The notes: generated by a model not told the origin, from the letters alone. Positions 49,368 to 59,671 are shown, counted from the stretch's first letter. The stretch: DNA of 64,000 nt from Spirochaetia bacterium (GCA_965203905.1 CBDBDQ010000005.1:3488001-3552000), one strand, 5' to 3'. Translations and numbers: made by a program.

Positions 49368-50384
49368 ATGGCCAATCGAATGAACCGTGCCTGGACGCTG
49401 GCGGCGCGGCCGCACGGCGTCCCCAAGCTATCCGACTTCGCGCTGACCGAGACGGCGGTCCCCGACCCCGGCCCCGGTGAGGTGCTGATCGCGACCCACT
49501 ACCACTCCCTCGACCCCTACATGCGCGGCCGCATGAACGCCCCCAGCGGCGCCAGCTACGCGGCGGCGGTGCCGATCGGCGGGGTGATGGAGGGAGATGC
49601 CGTGGGCGAGGTGGTGGCCTCCAACTCCGACCTGTTCGCGGTCGGCGATTTCGCCATGGGCAAGATCGGCTGGCAGGAGTACGGGGTGATGGACGCCCGC
49701 GACGTGCGCAAGATCGACCCCGGCGCAGCGCCGATCTCGACCTCGGTGGGGATCCTGGGGATGCCGGGACTGACCGCCTACCACGGACTGTTCGAGGTGG
49801 CCAAGCCGGTCGCCGGCGACACGGTGGTGGTGACCGCCGCCTCCGGCGCCGTGGGCGCAGTGGTGGGCCAGCTCGCCAGGCACGCCGGCTGCCGCGTGAT
49901 CGGCGTCGCCGGCTCGCCCGACAAGGTGGCCTACGTGGTCGACGAGTTGGGCTTCGACGCCGCCATCGACTACAAGACGGAGGATGTGCCCGCGCGCTTC
50001 CGCGAGCTCTGTCCGCGCGGCATCAACGTCTACTGGGACAACGTCGGGGGGCCGGTCACCGACGCCGCCATCGACCAGATCGCGGTGTTCGGCCGCGCGG
50101 TGATCTGCGGCCAGATCGCCTTCTACAACGCCACCTCGCCGCCGCAGGGACCGCGCAACATCCCGCGCATGCTGCTGACCCGCCGCGCCCGCATGGAGGG
50201 TTTTCTCGTGTTCCAGTTCGTCAACAAGCACGAGGAGGCGCTGGCACGGCTCGGGGCCTGGATACGTGATGGGGTGCTGAAGTACCGCGAGGACGTGGTC
50301 GAAGGCATCGAAAACTCACCCGAGGCATTCATCGGCCTCCTCGCCGGCGCCAACTTCGGCAAGCTGGTGATCAAGGTCCGCTAA
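49368..50384 (+). CDS. NADP-dependent oxidoreductase (CurA/prostaglandin reductase-like MDR)
   Basis: SLDPYMRGRM, LGMPGLTAY, AASGAVG and GANFGK. Confidence 0.93.
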   Translation: MANRMNRAWTLAARPHGVPKLSDFALTETAVPDPGPGEVLIATHYHSLDPYMRGRMNAPSGASYAAAVPIGGVMEGDAVGEVVASNSDLFAVGDFAMGKIGWQEYGVMDARDVRKIDPGAAPISTSVGILGMPGLTAYHGLFEVAKPVAGDTVVVTAASGAVGAVVGQLARHAGCRVIGVAGSPDKVAYVVDELGFDAAIDYKTEDVPARFRELCPRGINVYWDNVGGPVTDAAIDQIAVFGRAVICGQIAFYNATSPPQGPRNIPRMLLTRRARMEGFLVFQFVNKHEEALARLGAWIRDGVLKYREDVVEGIENSPEAFIGLLAGANFGKLVIKVR

Positions 50385-50390
50385 CCTCGC

Positions 50391-51509
50391 TCAGCGCCAG
50401 CCGTCGCGCGACCAGCGCTCCACCGCGGCGTCGTCCAGCACCACCCCGAGGCCCGGCTCCTGCGGCAGCGCCAGGCCGGCGTCGCGGATCTTCAGCCGCG
50501 TTCGAAAAACCTCCATCAGGTTGAGCACCTCGGTGTCGGGAAAGAACTCCACCCAGGTGGCGTTGGGGGTGGCTGCCACCAGGTGCACGTGCAGGTCCGC
50601 CAGCCAGTGCGGCGCCACCGTCACCCCGCGTCCCGCGGCCAGCGCCGCGATGCGGCGGAACTCGGTGACGCCGCCGCACACCCCGGCGTCGGCCTGCAGG
50701 ATCGCGGCCGCGTCGAGGTCGAGGATCTGCTGGAAGTCCCAGCGCGTCTGGTGGATCTCGCCGGTGGCGATCGGCGGCTCGACCGCGGCGGCGACCGCGG
50801 CGTGGGCGGCCAGCTCGTCGGGCGGGTTCGGCTCCTCCACCCAGCCCAGGTCGTACTCCTCCCAGCGGCGGATGGCGCGGATCGCGGCGGTGGCGTCGGG
50901 CCAGGCGTTGTTGGCGTCGGTGAACAGCTCCACCTCGGGGCCGATGGCGTCCCGCACCGCGGCGATGCGGGCGGCGTCCTCGCGCGCGCTCACCCGGCCC
51001 ACCTTGATCTTGACCGCCGCGAAGCCGCGCTCCACGTAGCCGGCGCACTCGGCGCCGAGGTCCTGCTCGCCCTTGCCGGCCAGGTAGTAGCCGCCGCTGG
51101 CGTAGGCCGGCACCACGTCGCTGCGTGCGGCCCCCAGGTAGCGGTATAGCGGCAGCTCGGCGGCCTTGGCGCACGCGTCCCACAGGGCGATGTCGATGGC
51201 GCTCATGGCGCGCACCACCGCGCCGCGGCGGCCCATCAACAGGGCGTCGCGGTACATGGCGTCCCAGATCGCCTCGGTCTGGTGCGCATCGCGGCCCACC
51301 ACGTGGCCGGCCAGCAGGTCGCGCACCGCGCCGGTGACCAGCCACCCCGCGGCGTTGCCGCAGTAGCAGAAGCCCAGCCCCTCGATCCCGCCTTCAGTGG
51401 TCACCTTCACCAGGGTGTAGTGGCGCTCGCGCACCGTGCGGGTGGCGAACGAGGTGACGTTGCGCAGCGGGATGACCAGGGTGGCAGCGGTGAGCGCCGT
51501 GACCTTCAC
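50391..51509 (-). CDS. Mandelate racemase family enzyme
   Basis: IDIALWD, KIKVG, DAN, WVEEP and GE. Confidence 0.92.
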   Translation of the reverse strand: MKVTALTAATLVIPLRNVTSFATRTVRERHYTLVKVTTEGGIEGLGFCYCGNAAGWLVTGAVRDLLAGHVVGRDAHQTEAIWDAMYRDALLMGRRGAVVRAMSAIDIALWDACAKAAELPLYRYLGAARSDVVPAYASGGYYLAGKGEQDLGAECAGYVERGFAAVKIKVGRVSAREDAARIAAVRDAIGPEVELFTDANNAWPDATAAIRAIRRWEEYDLGWVEEPNPPDELAAHAAVAAAVEPPIATGEIHQTRWDFQQILDLDAAAILQADAGVCGGVTEFRRIAALAAGRGVTVAPHWLADLHVHLVAATPNATWVEFFPDTEVLNLMEVFRTRLKIRDAGLALPQEPGLGVVLDDAAVERWSRDGWR

Positions 51510-51519
51510 CCCGCGCTCC

Positions 51520-52236
51520 TCACTTCTTGACGTACTGGTGGCCGCCCATGATGGCGCGCACCTGCTCCACACCCTTGGCCTGGAGCAGGCGGTTGACCCG
51601 CTCTTCTTCGCTCTCCAGCAGCAGCCTGGCGTTGGTGACCACCTCTTCCAGGCGCGCCGCCGGGAACTTCACCGCGCCGTTCTCGTCCATGTGCACGATG
51701 TCGCCGGGCGCCACGTCCATGCCGCACAGGCTGACCGGCACCTGCACCGCCTGCAGCGCCTGCGGGCCGTGGCCGGCGCAGATGCCGCGGGTCAGGTACT
51801 GGAACTGCATCGGCCGGATCTCGTGGATGTCGCGCGAGGGTCCGTTGCTCACCGCGCCTACCGCGCCGCACGCCTTCAGCGCCGAGGTCATGTTGCCGCC
51901 GGCCAGGCCCACCTTGTCCGCCAGCTCCGGCGGGAAGCGCTGCTCGAAGCAGAAGATGGAAGGCTTGCCCAGCTTGTCCGCCTCCTCCAGCACGTCCATC
52001 AGGGTCGGCCCCGAATAGCCCGGATCGGTGACCCCGTAGGTGCAGGTCACCGCGTAGCCGGCGACCGGGCCCAGCTCCGGGTACCAGCACCCCAGCCGGT
52101 TGTCGGTGTACCAGTTCGCCTCCCACGGGTGGTACAGCTCCAGGCACAGCTCGTTGCCGGGATAGGTCGCCACCACGTTGGTCACCGTGGGCGTGTCGAT
52201 GTTCTTGAGTTGCTCCAGCAATTCCAATTCTGTCAT
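51520..52236 (-). CDS. RraA/HMG-aldolase family protein
   Basis: DTPTV.N, GYAVT, GGNM, G..RD and PGDIVH.DENG. Confidence 0.88.
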   Translation of the reverse strand: MTELELLEQLKNIDTPTVTNVVATYPGNELCLELYHPWEANWYTDNRLGCWYPELGPVAGYAVTCTYGVTDPGYSGPTLMDVLEEADKLGKPSIFCFEQRFPPELADKVGLAGGNMTSALKACGAVGAVSNGPSRDIHEIRPMQFQYLTRGICAGHGPQALQAVQVPVSLCGMDVAPGDIVHMDENGAVKFPAARLEEVVTNARLLLESEEERVNRLLQAKGVEQVRAIMGGHQYVKK

Positions 52237-52263
52237 GTAATTAGCTCCTTGTTGTTCGAGTTG

Positions 52264-53064
52264 TTATTCGACGCCGACTTCCGCCGAGTAGTCGCGCTGG
52301 TAGGTCGGGACGATGGTCAGCTCCGGTATCACGGTGCGCTGCGGCAGCTCAGCCACCAGCACGATCGCCCGCGCTACGTCTTCCGCCGTGGCCATGGTGG
52401 CGCGCGCCTCGGCGCTGGGGTTGATCGGGCGCTTGTCCAGGATCGGCGTGTCGACCTCGCCGGGGATGATCACGCTGGCGCGCAGGCCGCTGTTCTTGTA
52501 CTCGTTGTTCAGATACTTGGTGAAGTTGATCACCCCCGCCTTGGCGGCGGAGTAGGCGACCCCGCCGAGCTGGCTGCCGATGACGCCGGCCATCGAGGCG
52601 ACGTTGATCACGGTGCCCTCCCCGGCGGCGAGCATGGTCGGCACCACCGCCTGGGTGCAGTAGATGGTGCCGGCGAGATTGGAGTCGACGGCGCCGCGGA
52701 TATCCTCGGGGGTGGTGGTCTGCAGCATGCGGTGGGGTGACGCGTGGCCGGCGTTGTTCACCAGCACGTCGATGCGGCCCCAGCCGTCCAGCACCTCGGC
52801 CGCCATGCGCTGCACCGCGTCGCGGTCGGCGACGTCCAGGCTCACCGCCAGCGCGCTGCCGCCCGCGCCCTCGATCTCGCCGCGCACCGCCGTGAGCTTG
52901 TCCCGGGTCCGGCCCACCACCACGACGCGCGCCCCGTGCGCGGCCATCAGCAGCGCGCTGGCGCGGCCGATCCCGCTGCCGCCGCCGGTGACGATGCAGA
53001 CCTTCCCCTGCAAACCGGTCCGAACCTGGTGGCCGGCAGGCGATGCCTGGGTATCGATGCTCAT
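52264..53064 (-). CDS. SDR family oxidoreductase
   Basis: TGGGSGIG, NNAG and YSAAK. Confidence 0.94.
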   Translation of the reverse strand: MSIDTQASPAGHQVRTGLQGKVCIVTGGGSGIGRASALLMAAHGARVVVVGRTRDKLTAVRGEIEGAGGSALAVSLDVADRDAVQRMAAEVLDGWGRIDVLVNNAGHASPHRMLQTTTPEDIRGAVDSNLAGTIYCTQAVVPTMLAAGEGTVINVASMAGVIGSQLGGVAYSAAKAGVINFTKYLNNEYKNSGLRASVIIPGEVDTPILDKRPINPSAEARATMATAEDVARAIVLVAELPQRTVIPELTIVPTYQRDYSAEVGVE

Positions 53065-53446
53065 GGCGTTCTTCTCACGGAGTGACCGTGCCTGCTCATG
53101 CGCCAAACCTATCACAGAGTCCCCGCAGCGGGCAGGCGTAGCGGCGGCCGGCAGCGGCGGTGGTGACTCATTTTGGAATCTCGCCATCGTGAGGGCGATT
53201 CCGGTGGGTCTTTGGGGGGATGGGCCTGGCGCCGCTGGCGTCCATCGCCACGCCCAACACATACCCGAATGGGCGGGCCGCTGGAACGTGGATATGCGGT
53301 AAACTATAATACACGTGATACTGATGTATCAGCGGCCAGAATCTGTATCACTTGTATCATGGTCCCGAAGGGGCGCAAATTGGGTAACAATAAGGATTTG
53401 ACGCGTTTATGCGCCGCATCCTATATTTGCAATCCGCAGGTGGGTA

Positions 53447-53713
53447 ATGGACTGCTACTTGGTCGTGTCGACCAATGAACCACTTAAGGAGATTCCTGAG
53501 CGCTTCGAGAGAACATGTTTAAGACTCAGTGGCGAGCATGCCTGCATAGTAGCCGATCCGTCCATTAAGACAGAGGAGGTGGCTGATCTCTTCGGCGTGT
53601 CTGCTGGAGTGAGCAATGGTCGCTACGGCATCGTCGTGAAGCTCGACTTCTATGCCGGATCGGACACCAGAGAAGTCGTCACGAAGTATCGGACGCTTAG
53701 GGATTCTGAGTGA
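53447..53713 (+). CDS. Small hypothetical protein (possible Cas2/VapD-like ferredoxin fold)
   Basis: 88 aa, alternating beta/alpha pattern. GGTGG RBS; upstream TTGACG-18 nt-TATATT. Confidence 0.6.
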   Translation: MDCYLVVSTNEPLKEIPERFERTCLRLSGEHACIVADPSIKTEEVADLFGVSAGVSNGRYGIVVKLDFYAGSDTREVVTKYRTLRDSE

Positions 53714-54096
53714 ACCACAAGGAAGAACTCGGCCCCGCAGATGCCGGTACTCTCGCCGGGCGAGATGAGTCCGCTGGAAAGCGGCGGCTATCATCGGTAG
53801 CCAGTTACTTGGCAGGGAGACTGCCAATCCTAATCACGATTGGGGTGCTACTCACGGGCGCCGCCGCACTATGGAATAGACTTGACCGAATCGAGGACAA
53901 TCTCAAAGACAGGGTAGATCATATCGGGGTGCGGATAGACAATCTCGATAACAAGGTCGATGTGGATTTCAGTTTACTTCACAGCGAGGACCGCGAACAG
54001 CGTGCCGACCTACGCTCGTTACGGAGTGAGATACAGAACCTGCGGTCCGACATCCTGGCGGAACTTCGGGCCCTTCGCAGCAGGGAAGGAAGTTAG
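53710..54096 (+). CDS. Hypothetical single-TM coiled-coil protein
   Basis: LPILITIGVLLTGAAALW followed by heptad repeats; GTGA overlap with the upstream gene. Confidence 0.65.
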   Translation: MNHKEELGPADAGTLAGRDESAGKRRLSSVASYLAGRLPILITIGVLLTGAAALWNRLDRIEDNLKDRVDHIGVRIDNLDNKVDVDFSLLHSEDREQRADLRSLRSEIQNLRSDILAELRALRSREGS

Positions 54097-54188
54097 ATAC
54101 CTCTGCCGCCAGCAGCAGTATGGTGTTTCGGGTCAGCCTGACCCAATATAGAAAGTCGTTACGCGAATAGTTACATACAGCCCGCGCT

Positions 54189-54498
54189 TCAAGACGCGGA
54201 ACTGCGCTTCCGGTAAGTCTTGGGACGGCTTGGGCGTCGCGGCGTCCATCATCCTGACGTGTCCGCCCAGGTTCATCAGGTGCTCGGCCACGGCAGCTGC
54301 CACTGCGGCGTGGTCTCGATCGTTCGGTGCTTGCGACAAAATTGTATTGTAGTTGAAGAAGTGGAGCGCGACGTGCGCCGCGTGGTTCTCCATCTTCTTG
54401 GAGAAGGGGTTGATTAGCCGGGTGTAGCGCCGCATGGACATCCGCATCGTCAGGTTGTTGCGCTCGGCGTAGCTCGTGCTGATCGTGTCGAATTCCGG
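54189..54498 (-). pseudogene. IS1-family transposase C-terminal fragment
   Basis: ISTSYAERNNLTMRMSMRRYTRLINPFSKKMENHAAHVALHFFNYN, then frameshifts. Confidence 0.88.
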
Positions 54499-55020
54499 GA
54501 GCCACTATCGTAGGGCGTGAGTCTCAAACTGACGAGTCAGCCGGCCCAACCGTGGGTCAATTATGTAACGACAACCCTAACGCAGATTTGGAGCTTCTGC
54601 TGACGTGTGACTGCACTGAACGGCGTCTGGTGTTGTACACCGACGACCTACCGGGCATTGATGTTGCCTCGTGGTATCAAGTTGGTGACGGCGCCCGGTA
54701 TGACGGTACATGGGAGTCGAAGAGATCTCCGGTCCTCTTTGGCATCGCTGATCTTGAAGGGTCAATCACGTTCGAAGTTCGAAGAGAACCGAGCACGCGT
54801 CAAGGCCGTCCTTGGCTTCGAGCGGGCTGGGCATGCTGGCGGCTTCACAGCTTATGGGAACCCCATGCCCACCGCCGCCGGCGTCCTGGCGGCTCCTTGT
54901 CCGTGCCCGCCGCGGGGCGGCCCCGGTGGGCACTGGGATTCGACAATGAGTCACTACCGAATCGGCACACCCGTTGACGGTCGGATCGATGCGTGCTATC
55001 TCCGCGGCGGGGATGGATGA

Positions 55021-56007
55021 ATGAGTGAACGCAGTGAAGCAACCGTGTATGTCGGGACCGTGGGCGAGGGCCTGTGGCGGAGTTCGGACGGGGGCGCGAC
55101 CTGGCAGCGCAAGAACACGGGCATGTACATCGAGAACGAGGTGCGGGCGCTGGCGGTGCATCCGTCCGACCCGAACCTGCTCTACGCGGGGACCGACCAG
55201 GGGGTCTACCGCACGACCGACGGCGGCAACCACTGGACCCGGCTCGACAGCGAGATGAACGACCTGGTGATCTGGGCGCTGCTGGTGATGCCGGACGATC
55301 CGGACACGGTGTTGGCCGGGACCCGGCCGGCGGCGGTGTTCCGCTCCCGTGACGGCGGCGACACCTGGCAGCGGCTGAGCGCCGACATGGAGCAGGAGTG
55401 TCCGGGCATCGTCTACAACCGGGTCACCACGCTGAACGTGGACCCGGCGGCGCCCGACACCATCTGGGCCGGCGTCGAGATCGACGGCGCCTGGCGCAGT
55501 GAGGATCGCGGCGACACCTGGACCCGCCACGCGGAAGGGCTGTCCTCGCTGGATATCCACGGATTGGCGCTGGTGCCGCGGGAGGGCGCCGCGACCGCGC
55601 TGGTGGCGGCCACCAACAACGACGTCAACACCAGCGGCGATTCCGGCGCGAGCTGGCAGCAGCAGAACGTGGACCAGCAGTTCCCGTGGCGCTACTGCCG
55701 GGGCCTGCGGCAGCATCCCGACAACCCGCGGCGCCTGTACCTGGGCAACGGCAACGGCCCGCCCGGTTCGCAGGGCGCGGCCTGGCGCTCCGCCGACGGC
55801 GGGGCGAGCTGGGAGCGAATGACCTTGCCGATAGAGCCCAACTCCACCATCTGGGACTACGCATTGCACGCCGCCGACCCGGATCTGGTGTACGCCTACA
55901 GCGTCAGCGGGCAGGTGTTCCGCTCGGTGGACGGCGGCGACGGCTGGGAGAAGCTGGAGCAGGAGTTCGGCGAGATCCGCGCCATGCTGTGGGCGCCCGC
56001 CGCCTGA
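55021..56007 (+). CDS. BNR/Asp-box repeat beta-propeller protein
   Basis: Seven S/T-x-D-x-G-x-x-W Asp-boxes; no signal peptide. Confidence 0.88.
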   Translation: MSERSEATVYVGTVGEGLWRSSDGGATWQRKNTGMYIENEVRALAVHPSDPNLLYAGTDQGVYRTTDGGNHWTRLDSEMNDLVIWALLVMPDDPDTVLAGTRPAAVFRSRDGGDTWQRLSADMEQECPGIVYNRVTTLNVDPAAPDTIWAGVEIDGAWRSEDRGDTWTRHAEGLSSLDIHGLALVPREGAATALVAATNNDVNTSGDSGASWQQQNVDQQFPWRYCRGLRQHPDNPRRLYLGNGNGPPGSQGAAWRSADGGASWERMTLPIEPNSTIWDYALHAADPDLVYAYSVSGQVFRSVDGGDGWEKLEQEFGEIRAMLWAPAA

Positions 56008-56090
56008 GCGACCCGCACCGAGGGCGGCGCCGAGGGCGGCGCAGCGCGCGCCGGTAGCGCCGCCGGCCGCGGCGACCGTTCGGCCGCGTG

Positions 56091-57359
56091 CTACGCGACC
56101 AGCGCGGCGTAGGCGAGTTCGCGGAACTCCTCGGCCACGCGGAAGTAGCCCGCCGGCCGGATCTGCGCCAGGAAGATGGCGACCGACTCCTCGACCGGAT
56201 CGATCCAGAAGTAGGTGTTGGCTGCTCCGGCCCAGCCGTACTCCCCGACCGAGCCGGCGCGGCGGGCGGCCGCGGGATCGAACAACACACGTACTCCGAG
56301 ACCGTAGCCGTAGCCGCGCTGCTCGCGGCCGTTGACCTCGAACGGGAGCAGAGCGGCGGGGAGTCGATTGCCGGTGATGAGCTCCACGGTCTGCCGGCCG
56401 AGGATGCGCGTGCCGCCGAACGTTCCGCCTCCCAGCAGCATGGCGCAGAAGCGCAGGTAGTCGGCGGCGGTCGACACCAGCCCGTGGCCGCCGCGGAACG
56501 CGCGGTGCGGGCGGTACTCCAGGTCGGTCTCCGGGTTGGAGATCCAGTCGAACCTGCCGGCCGCGGCGAGCTTGAGCGAGCGGCTGGCGGTGACGTCGGC
56601 GGGGTCGCGGGCGCCGATCATGGCGGCGAAGCGGTGCTGCTCGGCGCGTGGCACGAAGAACCCGGTGTCGGTCATTCCGAGCGGCTCGAAGATGCGCTGC
56701 TGCAGGAAGCGGTCGAGCGGCACGCCGGCGATTACCTCGATCAGGCGCGCCGCCACGTCGTGGCACAGTCCGTAGCGGAACCGGGTGCCGGGCTGGAACG
56801 CCAGCGGCAGCGCCGCGATCTGCCGCACCAGGACGGCGAGCGGCTGGTCGGAGAGGTGGGAAACGTGGCGCCGGTACAGCTCCTCCACCGGGCCGTACTC
56901 CATCCACGGATAGGTCAGGCCGGCGGTGTGCGTCAACAGGTCGTGGATCGTCACGGCCCGCAGCGGGTCCGTGGTCGGCACCGTCTCCAGCGTGAACGCA
57001 CCGGCAGCGGGTGACGTCTCGGCGGGCTCGGGTGCGGCGTAGACCCTGACCTGCGCAAACTCGGGGATGAAGCGCGCCACCGGGTCGGAGAGCCGGAACG
57101 CCCCTTCTTCGTAAAGGGTCAGCAGGGCGGCGCACACGATCGGCTTGGTCATGGAGTAGATGCGGAAGATGGCGTCCGGCCGCATCGGTTCGCCGCCCGG
57201 CCCCAGCACGCCGAATGCCCTGTGGTGCAGCAACTCGCCGCGCCGATACAGCAGGGTCACGATGCCCGGGATCGGGGTGGTGTCGATGCAGCGCTGCATC
57301 GCCTCGTCGATGCGGCTCAGTCGCGCGCGTGAGACTCCGGTGGTGAGGGTATCGCTCAT
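56091..57359 (-). CDS. Serine hydrolase, beta-lactamase (class C/EstB-like) family
   Basis: YSMTK (SxxK), LLTHTAG, PG..F.YG and WAGAANT. Confidence 0.92.
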   Translation of the reverse strand: MSDTLTTGVSRARLSRIDEAMQRCIDTTPIPGIVTLLYRRGELLHHRAFGVLGPGGEPMRPDAIFRIYSMTKPIVCAALLTLYEEGAFRLSDPVARFIPEFAQVRVYAAPEPAETSPAAGAFTLETVPTTDPLRAVTIHDLLTHTAGLTYPWMEYGPVEELYRRHVSHLSDQPLAVLVRQIAALPLAFQPGTRFRYGLCHDVAARLIEVIAGVPLDRFLQQRIFEPLGMTDTGFFVPRAEQHRFAAMIGARDPADVTASRSLKLAAAGRFDWISNPETDLEYRPHRAFRGGHGLVSTAADYLRFCAMLLGGGTFGGTRILGRQTVELITGNRLPAALLPFEVNGREQRGYGYGLGVRVLFDPAAARRAGSVGEYGWAGAANTYFWIDPVEESVAIFLAQIRPAGYFRVAEEFRELAYAALVA

Positions 57360-57453
57360 GGCTGGATGATCGCGGCAGAAGCTAATCCGCGGCGGTTCCG
57401 AGATCAACCGCCCGCCCACCCCGCACCAGCCCACGATGCGGTAGGGTGAGCGG

Positions 57454-58542
57454 GTGAAGATTACCGACGTACGCGCCTCCTGCTACCGGATCCCGCTTGA
57501 CCAGCCGCTGACCGACGCGGGACACGGCCGCCACGACCACTACGACCTGGTGACGGTGGAGCTGGGCACGGAGGGCGGGCATACCGGGCTCGGCTACACC
57601 TACACCGTGCACGCCGGCGGGGCGGCGATCCTGGCGCTGATCGAGCACGACCTGGCGCCGCTGCTGCTGGGCGCGGACGCGCGCCGCGTCGAGGCGCTGT
57701 GGCGCGACATGTGGCAGCGCACCCTCTACGTGGGCCGCGGCGGGATCGCCGCCTTCGCCATCGCCGCGGTCGACATCGCCCTGTGGGACCTGCGCGGGCG
57801 CGCCCTGGAGGAGCCGCTGTGGCGCCTGCTGGGCGGCGCCGCCGACCGGGTGCCGGCCTACGTGGGCGGGATCGACCTGCTGCTGCCGCTGGACCAGCTC
57901 CTGGAGCAGACCCGGGCGGCCCTGGGCGACGGCTTCGGCGCCATCAAGATGAAGGTCGGGCGCGACCTGCTGGCCGAGGACGTGGAGCGGGTGGCGGCGA
58001 TGCGCGAGCTGCTCGGACCGGAAGCCGCGCTGATGGTGGACGCCAACATGCGCTGGACCGTCGCCCAGGCGATCGCGGCGGCGCGTGCCCTGGTGCCCTT
58101 CGGGGTCTACTGGCTGGAGGAACCGGTCGCCCCCGACGACTACGCCGGCCACCGCCGGGTCGCCGCCGAGGGCTCGGTGCCCGTGGCCGCCGGCGAGAGC
58201 CTGCGCAGCGTGGGCGAGTTCGCGCACCTGATCGCCGCCGGCGGGGTGGCATTCCCGGAGCCGGACGTCTCCAACGTCGGCGGCATCAGCGCCTGGATGC
58301 GGGTGGCGCGGCTGGCCGAGGCGCACCACCTGCCGGTGACCTCGCACGGCGTCCACGAGTTGCACGTGCACCTGCTGGCGGCCGTCCCCAACGCCTCCTA
58401 CCTGGAAGTGCACGGCTTCGCCACCGAGCGCTTCGTGCGCCAGCCGCCGCGCTTCGACGCCGGCGCCTGCATCCCGCCCGACCGCCCCGGCCACGGCGTG
58501 GAGCTGGACCGGGAGGCCCTGGAGCCCTACCGCCACCCCTGA
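57454..58542 (+). CDS. Mandelate racemase family enzyme (sugar-acid dehydratase-like)
   Basis: VDIALWD, KMKVG, DAN, WLEEP and GE. Confidence 0.92.
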   Translation: MKITDVRASCYRIPLDQPLTDAGHGRHDHYDLVTVELGTEGGHTGLGYTYTVHAGGAAILALIEHDLAPLLLGADARRVEALWRDMWQRTLYVGRGGIAAFAIAAVDIALWDLRGRALEEPLWRLLGGAADRVPAYVGGIDLLLPLDQLLEQTRAALGDGFGAIKMKVGRDLLAEDVERVAAMRELLGPEAALMVDANMRWTVAQAIAAARALVPFGVYWLEEPVAPDDYAGHRRVAAEGSVPVAAGESLRSVGEFAHLIAAGGVAFPEPDVSNVGGISAWMRVARLAEAHHLPVTSHGVHELHVHLLAAVPNASYLEVHGFATERFVRQPPRFDAGACIPPDRPGHGVELDREALEPYRHP

Positions 58543-58634
58543 TCGACCGCCGATACCGGTCGGGACCAGTCACGCCGACCGGCGCTGGCACCCGCTCGAC
58601 GCGGACCGATTTCGTTGCGATCATGGGGCGCATC

Positions 58635-59519
58635 ATGATCCCGACCCAACCGTTTGGCGCCACCGGTCACGACAGCACGTTGACCCTGTTCGGCGCGGCG
58701 GCGTTCAGCCCCGAATCCACGGGGGCCGATGCCGACCGCGTCCTCGAACTCCTGCTGCACCACGGAGTCAACCACATCGATACCGCGCACAGCTACGGCG
58801 ACGGCAACTCCGAGGTGCTGATCGGCACCTGGATGGCGCAGCACCGCGAACGCTTTTTTCTGGCGACCAAGACCAACCAGCGCACGGCGGAAGGCGCCCG
58901 TGCGCAGTTGGAACTGTCGCGGCGCCGGCTGCGCTCCGACACCATCGACCTGATCCAGTTGCACAACCTCACCGACGAGCAGGCATGGGAGACCGCCATG
59001 GCGCCCGGCGGCGCGCTGGCGGAGTTGGAAGCCGCGCGCGAGCGGGGCAGCGTGCGCTTCATCGGCGTCACCGGCCACGGCCTGGCCACGCCGCGCATGC
59101 ACCTGCGCAGCCTGCAGCGCTTCCCGTTCGACGCAGTCCTTCTGCCGATGAACTACGTGCTGGCCTCCGACGCGAGTTACTACAGCGACTTCGTGCGGCT
59201 CAAGGCGCTATGCTTCGAGCGCAACGTGGCCGTGCAACTCATCAAGACGGTGGCGCGCCGTCCGTGGGCCGGCCGCCCGCGCGGCCGCGGCCCCTGGTAC
59301 GAGCCGCTCGACTCCGCCGAGGACATCGCCCGCGCCGTGGCCTATGCCTTGAGCTTCGCCCCTTCCTTCATCAACACCATGGCCGACCTCGACCGCCTGC
59401 CGCTGGTCCTGGAAGCCGCCGAGGCCCCGGCCCCGCGCCCCTCCGACGCCGAAATGGCCGCCATGCTCGCCGACCAGGCCATGCAGCCGATCTTCGAGGA
59501 ACACGCCACCATCCACTGA
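58635..59519 (+). CDS. Aldo/keto reductase
   Basis: HIDTAHSYG, FLATKT, QLHNL and RFIGVTGHG. Confidence 0.92.
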   Translation: MIPTQPFGATGHDSTLTLFGAAAFSPESTGADADRVLELLLHHGVNHIDTAHSYGDGNSEVLIGTWMAQHRERFFLATKTNQRTAEGARAQLELSRRRLRSDTIDLIQLHNLTDEQAWETAMAPGGALAELEAARERGSVRFIGVTGHGLATPRMHLRSLQRFPFDAVLLPMNYVLASDASYYSDFVRLKALCFERNVAVQLIKTVARRPWAGRPRGRGPWYEPLDSAEDIARAVAYALSFAPSFINTMADLDRLPLVLEAAEAPAPRPSDAEMAAMLADQAMQPIFEEHATIH

Positions 59520-59671
59520 CCCGGACGACGCCGGGCTCCAGCCGCGGCAGGCGGACAGCACTCGTCAAGTCGGCTATTGTAGACAAAGCCGAGGAGGAGC
59601 TCGTCGTTTCGGGAACGGTGGACAAAGTTGCACCGTGCAGATTGCGTGATTACGACACAGGTGATACAGGT

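Larger units (their letters stand above)
53159..54576 (-). mobile_element. Degenerate IS1-family element carrying two passenger genes
   Basis: Transposase C-terminal relic. IR-like ends GGTGGTGACTCATTTTGGA (53159), GATAGTGGCTC (54509, minus strand) and GGTTGTCGTTACATAATTGACCC (54576, minus strand). AT-richer interior. Boundaries tentative; no target duplication seen. Confidence 0.55.

Noticed and set aside
54577-55000. ORFs 54552-54977 and 54607-55020
   Set aside because: No recognisable motif or RBS; probably a decayed gene fragment that cannot be assigned.
56091-57359. Antibiotic-resistance beta-lactamase
   Set aside because: No signal peptide, and the motifs fit the cytoplasmic EstB-like esterase branch.
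602-59519. Many long alternative-frame and antisense ORFs (e.g. 8338-10146, 15215-17674, 54766-57135)
   Set aside because: Shadow ORFs of GC-rich genes: Arg/Pro/Ala-rich, no motifs, and fully overlapping well-supported CDSs.
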